A DNA stretch of 64,000 nucleotides from Octopus sinensis. Taxonomy: Eukaryota. The DNA is taken from positions 72,974,001 to 73,038,000 of the forward strand of contig NC_043002.1 in NCBI RefSeq assembly GCF_006345805.1. Direction: 5' to 3'. The notes under the pieces are model-generated. The model had not been told where the DNA came from. It did not search any database and worked only from the letters and a program-made list of their open reading frames with translations. The position numbers and the translations under genes are program-made. Positions within the stretch are counted from its first letter, which is position 1; each line of letters begins with the position of its first letter. Of this stretch, positions 13,202-24,003 are shown one piece after another.

Positions 13202-13627
13202 AGGCATAGGGTTGGCTGTGTGGTAAGTAGCTTGCTTACCAACCACATGGTTCTGGGTTCAGTCCTGCTGCATGGCACCTTGGGCAAGTGTTTTCTACTA
13301 TAGCTTCGGGCTGACCAAAGCCTTGTGAGTGGATTTGGTAGACGGAAACTGAAAGAAGCTCGTCGTATATATGTATATATATATGCGTGTGTGTGTGTGT
13401 GTGTGTGTGTGTATGTTTGTGTGTCTGTGTTTGTCCCCCCCGACATCGCTTGACAACCAATGCTGGTGTGTTTACGTCCCTGTAACTTAGCGGTTCGGCA
13501 AAAGAGACCGATAGAATAAGTACTAGGCTTACAAAGAATAAGTCCTGGGGGCGATTTGCTCGACTAAAGGCGGTGCTCCAGCATGGCCACAGTCAAATGA
13601 CTGAAACAAGTAAAAGAGTAAAAGAGT
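13202..13627 (+). mobile_element. SINE family A, full length
   Basis: tRNA-like head (tggctgtgtggtaag / ggttcagtcc boxes), internal (TA)/(TG) tract, aaagagt tail repeats. Confidence 0.92.
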
Positions 13628-13629
13628 AA

Positions 13630-14460
13630 TATTGTGCATAAATGCATGTTGAAATATGTGTGCAGTATTATACTATTGCACAAAGATGCATATTGTACAT
13701 GAGATGCATTATATACATCATAGCATGTTGCATATGTAGCGTTATGCATCAATGCTTGTGGTATGTAAAGAGTATATTATATACCTCACTGCATGTTGCA
13801 TGTATGCACTACTGTACAGTTGTGGATGTTGTGCATGAGCAACGTTGTACATCAATACTTGTTGCATGATTGCAGTATTGTGCACAAGTGTTGTGTTCAT
13901 GTACAGTATTATGTGCATTAATGCATATTCTGTGGAAGTAGTCCAATACATCGGTGCATGTTGTAAGGGTTGTGTGCATGAATGCATGTTGTTTGTATGC
14001 AGAGTTGTACACCACTGTGTATTATATGTGAGCAATATCATACAACAGTGTACATTGTATACAGTGTTATACACATCAATCTTTATTGTGTGTACTCTGT
14101 TATATATACATCCCAGCCTGTTGTGTGCGTGCACAGTGTTACACATCATTGCATATTATATATGCACTGTGTTATATGCATCAGAGTGTGTTGTGTGTGC
14201 AGTGTTATATGTCAGTGTGTGTTGCATGCATGTAGTGTTATATGCAACACTGCATGTTGTATGAATGCAGTATTATGCACATTGTATGCAAGTAGTATTT
14301 TATGCAATACTGCATGTTGCGTGTGTGCACTGTTGTGCATTAATACATGATTTATGCATGCAGCATTATGCATCAATGCATGTCATGTGAGCACTATTGT
14401 GCATCATCATGTATGTGAGCAGTGTGCATTATGCATCAATGCATGTTCTATGTAAGCAAA
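13630..14460. repeat. Degenerate TGCA/TGT-rich satellite-like tract
   Basis: Recurrent tgcatgttgtatg / gcagtattat motifs; same texture at 11280-11350, 12160-12360, 12770-12870. Confidence 0.6.
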
Positions 14461-14474
14461 GTCATATGCCACAA

Positions 14475-14690
14475 AGGTGGCCAGCTGGTAGAATCATTAC
14501 TGTGCTGGACAAATACTTAGCTGCTTCTCTTCTGGCCCTCTGCATTCTGAGTTTCAAATGCTGCCAAAGTCAGTGTTGCTTTTCATCCTTTTGGGGTTGA
14601 TAAAATACCAGTCAAGAATTGGACTAACATAATCGACTAACACTTTGTTGCCTTTAAAATTGCTGGCTTTGTGCCAAAACGTGAAATAAT
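14475..14690 (+). mobile_element. SINE family B (degenerate)
   Basis: Similarity to other copies. Confidence 0.75.
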
Positions 14691-15125
14691 TATTATATAC
14701 AACATTGGTGTGTGTGTGCAAGGGAAATACTGTACCACAATGTATGTCGTATGTGTGTAGTATTTATACATCAATGCAGGTAATTTGTTGTTGTATAGCA
14801 CCAGGCCAATCTTTGTTGGGAAGACCCGTGATCAAAGGCATTCTAATCTTGACCATCCCACCTTATTCAGGCACAATATTTATCAAGCTACGTTGTTATC
14901 CATACTTCTCTGTGCTGGTGCCAATTAAAAGGCATTTGTGTTGATGCTACATATGAGTGCTCATACTGGTGCTACATTAAACAACCAGGACCCTGTAAAT
15001 TGGTTAGCATTAGGAAAGGCATCCAGGTGTAGAAAGAAACCAAGCCATATCAGACTGGAACCTAGTGCAGCTCTCCAGCATCGAAAACGGACATTAAAGG
15101 ATGATGATGATATTCTTGGAAGGTA

Positions 15126-15365
15126 TTTATAAGCCATTTAAGAAACACACAAAAACCGTTAGATTTTGTCACAGAATTTTGTCTGAACAGGTCGCGGTCT
15201 CAAAGCGACGAAAATATTTTGACAAATTAAATTTAAGTGTTGATGTGAATCTAACGGTTTTCGTGTGTTACTTAAATGACTTATAAACACATTCCACGCT
15301 GCAATTGTTTTCATTCCAGCACACGATCTCAGATCAAGTCACTTGCTATGCAAGTACATCTCCGT
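15126..15365. mobile_element. Repeat with 40-bp inverted arms (MITE-like fold-back)
   Basis: Arms 15126-15165 and 15248-15287 are reverse complements with 3 mismatches. Confidence 0.6.
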
Positions 15366-15974
15366 AAAGATGATATTCTTCCTACATTTTCATTTCAAAG
15401 ACAGCTGAGCTGAGTATGACTTGAGATTGAACCTACTCTCAGAGGGTGTGCAGGTTGCATTTTATTGTGAAATCAGCACTAGAAAATGAAGAGTAGCTGG
15501 AGGTGGATAAATGATGAAAGTGAATGATAGATATCAGTGCTAAATGGTCAGTGGTGTGAGTACAGGTAGAGTGCTGTTCTTTCAACTTACATCAGTTTTC
15601 CTGTGCCAGTATGAGTTAGATGAATATATTATTGAGGCATTGCTTTATAGCTAGATGACTTCCTTGTTGCTAGCCCTTACCCTAGTTTTTCAAGGAAGAG
15701 AACTCATATTTTACATGTCTTTGAAGGCGTGAAGTGAGCAGACGATTTGTTAAGAGGAAATGATAACAACTCTGCTTGTAGCATACAACTTTTGCAGAGC
15801 ACAATTGTAAACAACCACAGAAACAAACACTCATAATTTAGTTTCCATCTACCAAATTTTCCCACAAGGCTTCATTCAGTTGGTCTGAGCCTGTAGTAAA
15901 AGACACTTGCCCAAAGATACTTGCCATAGACACTTGCACAACAGAACTGAACTTCATGCCATGTGATTCTTAAC

Positions 15975-16034
15975 AACACAGCCATGCTGAGCGTCACACA
16001 CACACACACACACACATTCATACACACACACACA

Positions 16035-16080
<46 letters not shown>

Positions 16081-16100
16081 ACACACACACACACACACAC
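15975..16100. repeat. (CA)n microsatellite
   Basis: Direct inspection. Confidence 0.95.
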
Positions 16101-16739
16101 AAAAGAGTACATTTAAAGTAGAGGTTTTATAGTCAAATGTCCCTTCTTTCACAGTCCCCTACACACACTCTCTCTATCACTCTCTCTCTCTCTCTCTTAT
16201 TCTTAATTTTCCTTAAGCATCAAGTCTGTTTCCAAATGAGATGACAACTAATTTGACAGAAACATTCACAGAACAAATCTTATAAAATCTGCAATAATAG
16301 TAACTTCATTTTTAGCTCTTATATTTCTCACCTTCCTTCCTTCCTTCCTTCCCTCTTTCCTTCCTTCCTTCCTTCCTTCCTTCTTTTTTCTTCGTTTCTT
16401 TCTTCTGTTCTTGTTGCCCCATGTTTCTCCTCCTCCCCCTCTCTCCTCACCTATTTTCTTTCACATTTTCTAAGATCAATGAGGTTCCTGCTCTGACTCA
16501 TTGTCTCCTATTATGATGCCGCCATCTTCTCAGCTTTGTTCTCAACTGACATCACAAACCTGGTCCCTTTTCCCACCTCACCCTTCACCACTCACCACCC
16601 GTTTCATCAGTTTTGTTCTTTAAATGACAAGTCACATTCCAAAATTAGTCTCCCTGTTAACGAGAAAACTATCCACAACCAGGCGGAAGCAATATTCATT
16701 GTATCTGTTATTATGATTTGGTTTCTAAACATCATTTTA

Positions 16740-16743
16740 TATA

Positions 16744-16842
<99 letters not shown>

Positions 16843-16843
16843 C

Positions 16844-16898
<55 letters not shown>

Positions 16899-16933
16899 GT
16901 ATATATATATATGTATATATATGTATATATATA

Positions 16934-16978
<45 letters not shown>

Positions 16979-17052
16979 TATATATATGTATATATATATA
17001 TTATATATGTAATATATATATATATGTATATATATATATATGTATATATATG

Positions 17053-17088
<36 letters not shown>

Positions 17089-17151
17089 ATATATGTATAT
17101 ATATATGTGTATATATATGTATATATATGTATATATATATATATATGTATG

Positions 17152-17197
<46 letters not shown>

Positions 17198-17198
17198 C
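16740..17198. repeat. ~460-bp (TA)n/(TG)n/(TATATG)n microsatellite
   Basis: Direct inspection. Confidence 0.97.
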
Positions 17199-17199
17199 T

Positions 17200-17510
17200 G
17201 TGAACACCGTGACCGACCAGGCTATCAGATGTTGCTACACATCGCTGGTCACAATGCGCTTTGCATTGTTTTTTAGCCTTCAAATGATGCCACCCCGCTG
17301 GCTAAGCGAGCAGGCCAACAGAAGAAAGAGTGAGAGAAAGTTGTGGCGAAAGAGTACAGCAGGGTTTGCCACCACCTGCTGCCGGAGCCTCATGGAGCCT
17401 TTTAGGTGTTTTTCGCTCAATAAACACTCACAGCACCCAGTCAGGGAATCGAAACCGCAATCCTACAACCGCGCGTCCGCTGCCCTAACCACTGGGCCAT
17501 TGCGCCTCCA
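17200..17510 (-). mobile_element. tRNA-derived SINE, further family, CpG-rich
   Basis: Minus head ggaggcgcaatggcccagtggttaggg...ggtttcgattccc has A- and B-box layout, followed by a unique body. Confidence 0.8.
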
Positions 17511-17594
17511 TATATATATATATATATATATATATTCTTTTATTTGTTTCAGTCATTTGACTGCAGCCATGCTGGGGCACCGCCTAAAAGAAAT

Positions 17595-17674
17595 GCTTAC
17601 AGCACCTAGGTTTCCCAAGCAGCCACCCATATAAGTAGTAACTAGGGGCTCAATGATGCTTAACTTCAGTGATC
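17595..17674 (-). pseudogene. 5S: 5S rRNA pseudogene fragment (about the 3' 80 nt)
   Basis: Minus strand GATCACTGAAGTTAAGCATCATTGAGCCCCTAGTTACTACTTATATGGGTGGCTGCTTGGGAAACCTAGGTGCTGTAAGC aligns by eye (roughly three-quarters identity) to metazoan 5S nt ~40-119 including boxes A and C, followed by atttctttt. Confidence 0.85.
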
Positions 17675-17808
17675 ACCTTGCCGCGCATATATGGTTGTGA
17701 TGCATGTGCCTACTGTACCCTTATCAGACAAGTAGTCATGATGGGTATACTGGGCTTCGTATATTTTACCCCAGTGTCACTTTGATGGCATGCACTGCTC
17801 TCTCACTC

Positions 17809-17840
<32 letters not shown>
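17671..17840 (+). mobile_element. R4/Dong-like LINE 3'UTR fragment with (AAT)n tail
   Basis: Same sequence as the longer copy at 49110-49560(-). Confidence 0.6.
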
Positions 17841-17841
<1 letters not shown>

Positions 17842-17842
<1 letters not shown>

Positions 17843-17987
17843 GCATAGCCAGAATAATCGGGAAAGTATTAGATAGCTGAAAAGAATTAATAGCATGGTA
17901 CCGTAGACTGCAAGTAGTAAGTCCATTATGCATGCAAGACTCCAAGAACTCCATCAAAACCTGTGATAAAGAGAAAATAATAATCAT
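17842..17987 (+). mobile_element. Second R4/Dong-like 3' fragment
   Basis: Begins SIARIIGKVLDS* (cf. GTARILRKVL terminus of R4-clade ORFs) and ends in aataataat. Confidence 0.5.
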
Positions 17988-18039
17988 TTTTGTGAGGCTA
18001 AACATCCTGAGATCAACTTTCACTATTGCTTCTACTCAC

Positions 18040-18080
18040 CCTTGGCTTTCTTCAAATTTTCTTCCACTTTGATCACTCAT
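18040..18080 (-). CDS. Candidate exon (MSDQSGRKFEESQG, phase 0->2), unknown gene
   Basis: aacag| acceptor, AAGG|gtgagt donor, one open frame. Confidence 0.18.
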
Positions 18081-18820
18081 CTGTTATGCATTACATATGC
18101 ATACCAATGCAGTCTTTTGTTTCTGTATTCTACCTCTGACTCTTATACCCATTTTATATCTCAGTTCAACTGTATGACACAGTTCATGCACATTAACCAT
18201 TTGGCATGTAAACTAGTCATACTAGGCCCAACAATTCCACAAGTTTTTTGTTTAAGCTGACCAAATTTTGCCTCTCACACCTACCATACAATAGCATTCT
18301 AAAAATACATTGTCACACCGTTGAAATTTAGAAGCAGTGAGATAATGCATAATTAATTCAAACCAATTTGAATAAGTAAGCATTATGCTTGACAATAATC
18401 TGAATACTAAAGGGTTAACATTACACATGTATATATTAATGTTAGGGTTGTTAAGTGGCAAAAAGCACCAAAAATTTATTAATGAAAGGATTTTTACCAT
18501 GTTTTTTACAGCCTGACTTGAGTTTCAAACTTTAATTAGCAAATAAAATAATTTACCAGGCAAAGTTCTCATCAGTGGGTACGCCAAAACATTAACATAT
18601 AATTTAGAGACAGAATAACACGTCTTAAATTAGAAAAGGACATATTAGATAATCTAGTCCTATATTTCTCTGAAATTGACTAGATTGTCACAACTGGGGT
18701 GCCCTTACTCAATCAAGGCTGACTGAGGATTAAACTACAATAATAACAACAATAATAACCTCTGTTTGTTGAAATATGCAGTGTGTTTTTTTGATTACAT
18801 TGTGACATTGGGCATCTTGA

Positions 18821-19011
18821 AAAGTGCTCTGCAACCGGCATGCCATGGCACACTGGTGTGCCACGAGACAATGCTAGGTGCCTTGCAGTTTAAGTTGAAT
18901 ATAATTTTTTTTCCCTATACTTTTAGCTATATTTTTAGTTCAAGTATGCCACCAAATTTTGAAAAGAATATAAGCGTACCACAAGTGAAAGAAAGGTTGT
19001 GGAGTACTGGT
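18821..19011. mobile_element. hAT (Charlie-like) MITE, degenerate
   Basis: Ends aagtgctctgcaacc / ggttgtggagtactg; similar 8-mers atcttgaa / gtctagaa flank it. Confidence 0.55.
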
Positions 19012-19033
19012 CTAGAACAATATCCCTCTAGAT

Positions 19034-19218
19034 CAGTGGTTCCCAATGGTGGTTTCCAACCCTTTTATTTAAATGAGTTATTCCAAGGACCCTTTTTAAT
19101 ATTCTTATCCTTATGTATATATATATATATATATATAATTTTGAATTTAGTTCACAGACCCCCAGTTCTACCTTTGCGGATGACCAGGGATGCATGGACC
19201 CCAGGTTGGGAACCGCTG
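19034..19218. mobile_element. hAT (Charlie-like) MITE
   Basis: TIRs cagtggttcccaa / ttgggaaccgctg; perfect 8-bp TSD ctctagat at 19026-33 and 19219-26. Confidence 0.9.
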
Positions 19219-19769
19219 CTCTAGATCAAACCTAATTATTCATTTGACAACCTATTTGATATCTCTAGGTCTTGCTTCTTACCATGCAGCCATGCCTGCA
19301 CCTTTGGTTGTGAAACACACTTCATAACCAAACAACCATGCCTGTCCCTCCACACAACTACTGTCTGTTTTTTTAAAAATAATATTTACATTTGAAAAAA
19401 GCAAGCAACCATTGTAGTGTGGTCAGTTAAGTCTGTGTATTTACTTCACTTCCTAGTCATATTCTCAGTTCATTTCTATTCTACCACAAATGATTTTGAG
19501 AAAAGCTGCAAACATCAAACAAACTTATTCCCACACTGCCTTATAAATTTAGACACAAGGGAAAACAAACAAACAATATGTATTTACATGTTTCAAACCA
19601 CTCTATAAGTCTGGGGATTCTTTTATTAGGATTCAGACAACATCAGTCCTTTGTAGGTGTGTTGTTGTGTGACCTGAGGTCAGCTCTGAGTGGACAGTAC
19701 ATATCAGGACGTCATCATAATCCTCGTCATCATCATCATCAATCCCTGGACATTACCATCCTGGGTCCT

Positions 19770-20012
19770 AGCCCTTACAGGGCATGTTACCTAATTTCCA
19801 TGGCAGTTTCAGTCATTGAGATCACAACATACCACTCTGCTGAACATAATGCTTGTCTAGCACAAGGTTACTCATTTACAGCCGGGTAGGGTGGACCAAT
19901 GAGAAATGAAGTGTTTTTACTCAAAAACCCATTGCACCATAAAGTCTGGGAATTGAAACCATGGGCTTGCAATTGTGAGTGCAAAACTCTAACCACTTGG
20001 CCACACATCTGC
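19770..20012 (-). mobile_element. tRNA-derived SINE family C (degenerate)
   Basis: Similar to 30812-31125 and 34500-34765. Confidence 0.65.
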
Positions 20013-20453
20013 ATTCATGACTAAAATCTGTGATGTAACTTGTGGAACGATTCTGATCCCCACCCCCAAAGTGATTTAAGGTGGACTGACTCATTGCTAT
20101 AAATTAAAGAGCTGTGAGCGATTGGCAGTTTGGATTGGTTAGCAGTTTACTGTGAGCCGTGACTGAGAGCATTGAGTCCCATGTAAGAGTAATTGTAGTG
20201 TGTTGTGTAAATACTTTCTTTGCACCCTGCTTCATTTAATTATATATCCAACATACAAGGATATAAAATAATTGAATGTTGCTGGGAGACTGAAATAGAC
20301 TAGATGTCTTGATATCATAGGTAACTTATTGCCAGTTCTTCTCAGTCTGTTTTGTCATCTACGGGGCTCGATTGATTTAGATCCTCCTAAAACAAAATGA
20401 AGAAAAAACAGAAAAAAATGAATGCAAACAAATGTTCAGAATTTCATGTCCAG

Positions 20454-20770
20454 TAAGTTCACCGTCATCAATTCACCACAGGGAAAGTTCACTATCATCA
20501 ATTCACCAAAGGGAAAGTTCACCGTAATCAATTTACTGTAGGGAAAGTTCACCGTCATTAATTCACCACAGGGAAAGTTCACCGTCATCAATTCACCACA
20601 GGAAAAATTCACCGTCATCAATTCACCACAGGAAAAGTTCACCATAAGGAATGTTCACTGGAGCAATACTGTGGATATTTTCTTGATAAACTTTCCTTGT
20701 GGTGAACTTTCTTCACAGTGAATATGATGGCAGAGAGCTCTCCTGTTATAAATTGATGGTGGTGAACTTA
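20454..20770. repeat. 30-bp tandem array (~6.5 units) plus inverted degenerate units; foldback-like element
   Basis: Unit aaagttcaccgtcatcaattcaccacaggg at 20454-20645; inverted units 20693-20770; ends taagttcacc / ggtgaactta. Confidence 0.8.
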
Positions 20771-21736
20771 GCTCTACTCTTAGAATTTGATCAAGTGATT
20801 TTAAAATTAATATCAGTTGATTGCTAACTTCAATTGATTCTAGATCACAGCTGGGGGGTTGGGAGGTGGATGTGCCTCAACAAGTAGTGATGTGTTTACT
20901 TTGCTTTATCATGCAATTCATTATTTCTTAGTTCATTGGCCTTAAATGACTTTTTAATTCTTATTCATTACAACAATAGCAACAGCAGCAGTGGTTGTTG
21001 TTGCAGTAGTCTCAACAACAATGAAATGTGCAAGTAATTTTGTAGGTATTCATTTGTTGCATGTATTTTTGTTGTAAACATTTGAAATATCTCCTAAATA
21101 TTATGAAGCAGATGGTGGTGGTGGCGGCGGCAGTGGCACCAGTGGCAGCAGTGACATTTGTGTTGATGATGACAATGATAGTGACACCACCATGACCATG
21201 GCCATCATCATATCTATTTTATGACTGAAATATTATTTCAATAGATATTTTTCATGATAGGATATGACATTCTTACAATGTAAATACATATAAAAAAAAA
21301 TACCTATGATATCACAGCAGCAGTGCTGCCTCCACTCCTCCTCCTTTCCTCTCCCTCCTACTCTTCTCCTTCCTCCCCTTCCCCCTCCTCCCCTCCCTCC
21401 TCCTCCTCCTATTCTTCTGTTTGTTTCAACAATGCGCATTCAGTTGTTTGATTAACTTCTTACCAGTTTAGTTTAACAAGTGGCTGAATATACCACTGAC
21501 ATATTGTCATTACAGTTACAGTTGTTCCTAAATGCCTTTCATGGAGTTTCAGTTCTGCTCATTTCTCTTACAAAACTTGTGCCAACCCAAGGTTGTCTTG
21601 TGGTGGAATCAAACCTGTGACATCATGATTACAAAGAAAACTTCTTAGTCGCACAGCCATGCCTGCATCCATACACATATAGACATAAACATATACTGAG
21701 AAGCACGCATTCAGTTATTCTCTCACGTGTGCATGA

Positions 21737-21869
21737 AGCTTGCTTCCCAACCACATGGTTCTGGGTTCAGTCCCACTGCATGGCACCTTGGGCCAGTGTC
21801 TTCTACTATAGCCTCAGGTCAATCAAAGCCTTGAGAGTGGATTTGGTAGACGGAAACTGAAAGAAGCCC

Positions 21870-21908
<39 letters not shown>

Positions 21909-22110
21909 TTGTGTGTCTGTGTTTGTCTCCCCATCATTGCTTGACAGCTGATGTTGGTGTGTTTACATCCCTGTAACTTAGCAGTTTGGCAAAAGAGACC
22001 AATAGAATAAATACTAGGCTTACAAAGTATAAGTCCTAGGGTTGAATTGTTCGACTAAAGACGGTGCTCCAGCATGGCTGCAGTCATATGACTGAAACAA
22101 ATAAAAAAGA
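21737..22110 (+). mobile_element. SINE family A
   Basis: Similarity to other copies. Confidence 0.9.
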
Positions 22111-22225
22111 ATATATATATATATATATATATATATATCCAGTTGAACCGTCCAACCCATGCTAGCATGGAAAGCGGACGTTAAACGATGATGATGATGA
22201 TGATATTTATGTATATGCATGTGTG

Positions 22226-22266
<41 letters not shown>

Positions 22267-22574
22267 ATGTAAGCATGTATATTTATATATATGCATATGT
22301 GTATATGTATGTGGTGTGCATGTGCATGTGTGTATTTATATGTATATATAATTATTGATAAGAACCACACAAAATATGCCTTGTTGACATTATCAGCTTG
22401 AAAATTAGTGAAATAAATTTAATATTCTGGCCAGGAAACCTGGGATAAATAACTGAATATCACATTTTTTTGTGTTGTTTTTAATATTAATATCTTTACT
22501 GATCAAGTGCTCTACTGCTTATTGAACGTTTTACCACATGTCTATATTTATTTCTCTGTCTCTCTTACAAACAG

Positions 22575-22634
22575 GTTTAACTTTACTAAGAAAAGCTTAC
22601 ACTGAAATGACAAATAATCCTTACATTTTTATTC
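22575..22634 (+). CDS. Candidate 60-nt symmetric exon ((G)LTLLRKAYTEMTNNPYIFI, phase 1->1), unknown gene
   Basis: Polypyrimidine acceptor tttatttctctgtctctcttacaaacag|, donor TTC|gtaaga, length divisible by 3, one open frame, TE-free context. Confidence 0.4.
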
Positions 22635-22865
22635 GTAAGATTTCCTATCTAATGTGTCAAAATCACATTGATATCTGTTAGGCAGCTGAAGAGGGAATTC
22701 CCAGTTTTTTTTTAAGTTGCTTCTTAACGTTATCTTATTGAGGACTATATATTTGTAAATATGGTTGTTTCTATGTTTATAAGTTTTGATGCTGGATTCT
22801 GATATTTGTTTGTGGTGATTTTCAGTAAATTTATTTTAGTTGTTTCGCAAGATCTTAAGTTGGAC

Positions 22866-23122
22866 CAGTGGTTTTCAACCAGGGTCTGTTTGACTCTTGG
22901 AGGTCCACACATGATTTAGTTGTGAAAATTTATCTGCAATAAATTAGTTTTATTTCTACAATACACAAAATATTTTTAATGATTTTTTTAAATACAATTT
23001 TTAATAATATTTAATCATAAAAATATAATTGGATTTTTTAAACATTGATTGGCTAAAGGAGCCCAGTAGAGTAAAACAAGAATCAAAGGGTTCCATAAGT
23101 AAAAAATGGTTGAGAAACACTG
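22866..23122. mobile_element. hAT (Charlie-like) MITE
   Basis: TIRs cagtggttttcaacc / ggttgagaaacactg; 8-bp TSD agttggac / agttagac. Confidence 0.85.
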
Positions 23123-23359
23123 AGTTAGACATTTGATTTTGGCATTATTAGGGGTTCTTGGTTAGTTTTATTTCCTACCTTCTTGGATTGTGCTGATTTA
23201 GGTTATTCAAATTTGCATTCTTGGGAGTCCAGCTTGAAAGTGTAGCAATGGTTGGTTCTGATGGGACCCTATGGAGGAGGTGCCTGAGGGCTCTAATCCC
23301 ATAATGAACTTAGGAAAGGTGGGTGGGTGGATGGATGAATGGTAAATATATTGCTCATA

Positions 23360-23760
23360 TAGGTGTAGTGGCTGTGTGGTAAGTAGCTTGCTTACCAACC
23401 ACATGGTTCCGGGTTCAGTCCCACTGCGTGGCACCTTGGGCAAGCGTCTTCTACTATAGCCTCAGGCCGACCAAAGCCTTGTGAGTGGATTTGGGATTTG
23501 GTAGACGGAAACTGAAAGAAGCCCGGCGTATATATGTATATATATATATATATATGTACGTGTGTGTATATGTTTGTGTGTCTGTGTTTGTCCCCCCAAC
23601 ATCACTTGACAACTGATGCTAGTGTGTTTACATGCCTGTAACTTAGCGGTTCAGCAAAAGAGACTGATAGAATAAGTACTAGGCTTACAAAGAATAAGTC
23701 TTGGGGTTGATTTGCTCGACTAAAGGTGGTGCTCCAGCATGGCCACAGTCAAAAGAGTAA
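23360..23760 (+). mobile_element. SINE family A, full length
   Basis: Similarity to other copies. Confidence 0.92.
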
Positions 23761-23779
23761 AGTGTATATTTTGAATTAA

Positions 23780-24003
23780 CTCTTTTGATACCAATATGTC
23801 TGAGACTACCCTTAGTTCTATCATATAAATTTCATGTTTTTAAAGCTATTTAAGTTAAAACCTTCTATCCAAATTTTATGTTAATTTAAGTTCCAAACAC
23901 CAGATTGATAACGACAAAATTATTTTACTAAATTTTTCATTATTTTCCAAATTATCTGAAACAGTGTCACTGTATTTCAACAGAAATATGGTAATGAAAG
24001 GGT
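23780..24003. mobile_element. piggyBac-like (TTAA) MITE, family 2
   Basis: ttaa|ctcttttgatacc ... ggtaatgaaaggg|ttaa; fragments also near 26545 and 43800(-). Confidence 0.65.

Noticed and set aside
13202-13290. tRNA-like sequences at SINE heads (many copies)
   Set aside because: A/B boxes are present but no complete cloverleaf; each continues into a SINE body
21110-21230. Gly/Ser/Asp-rich frame (DGGGGGGSGTSGSSD...; similar at 58662-58892)
   Set aside because: Decayed (GGT/GCA/GAT)n trinucleotide repeats without splice support
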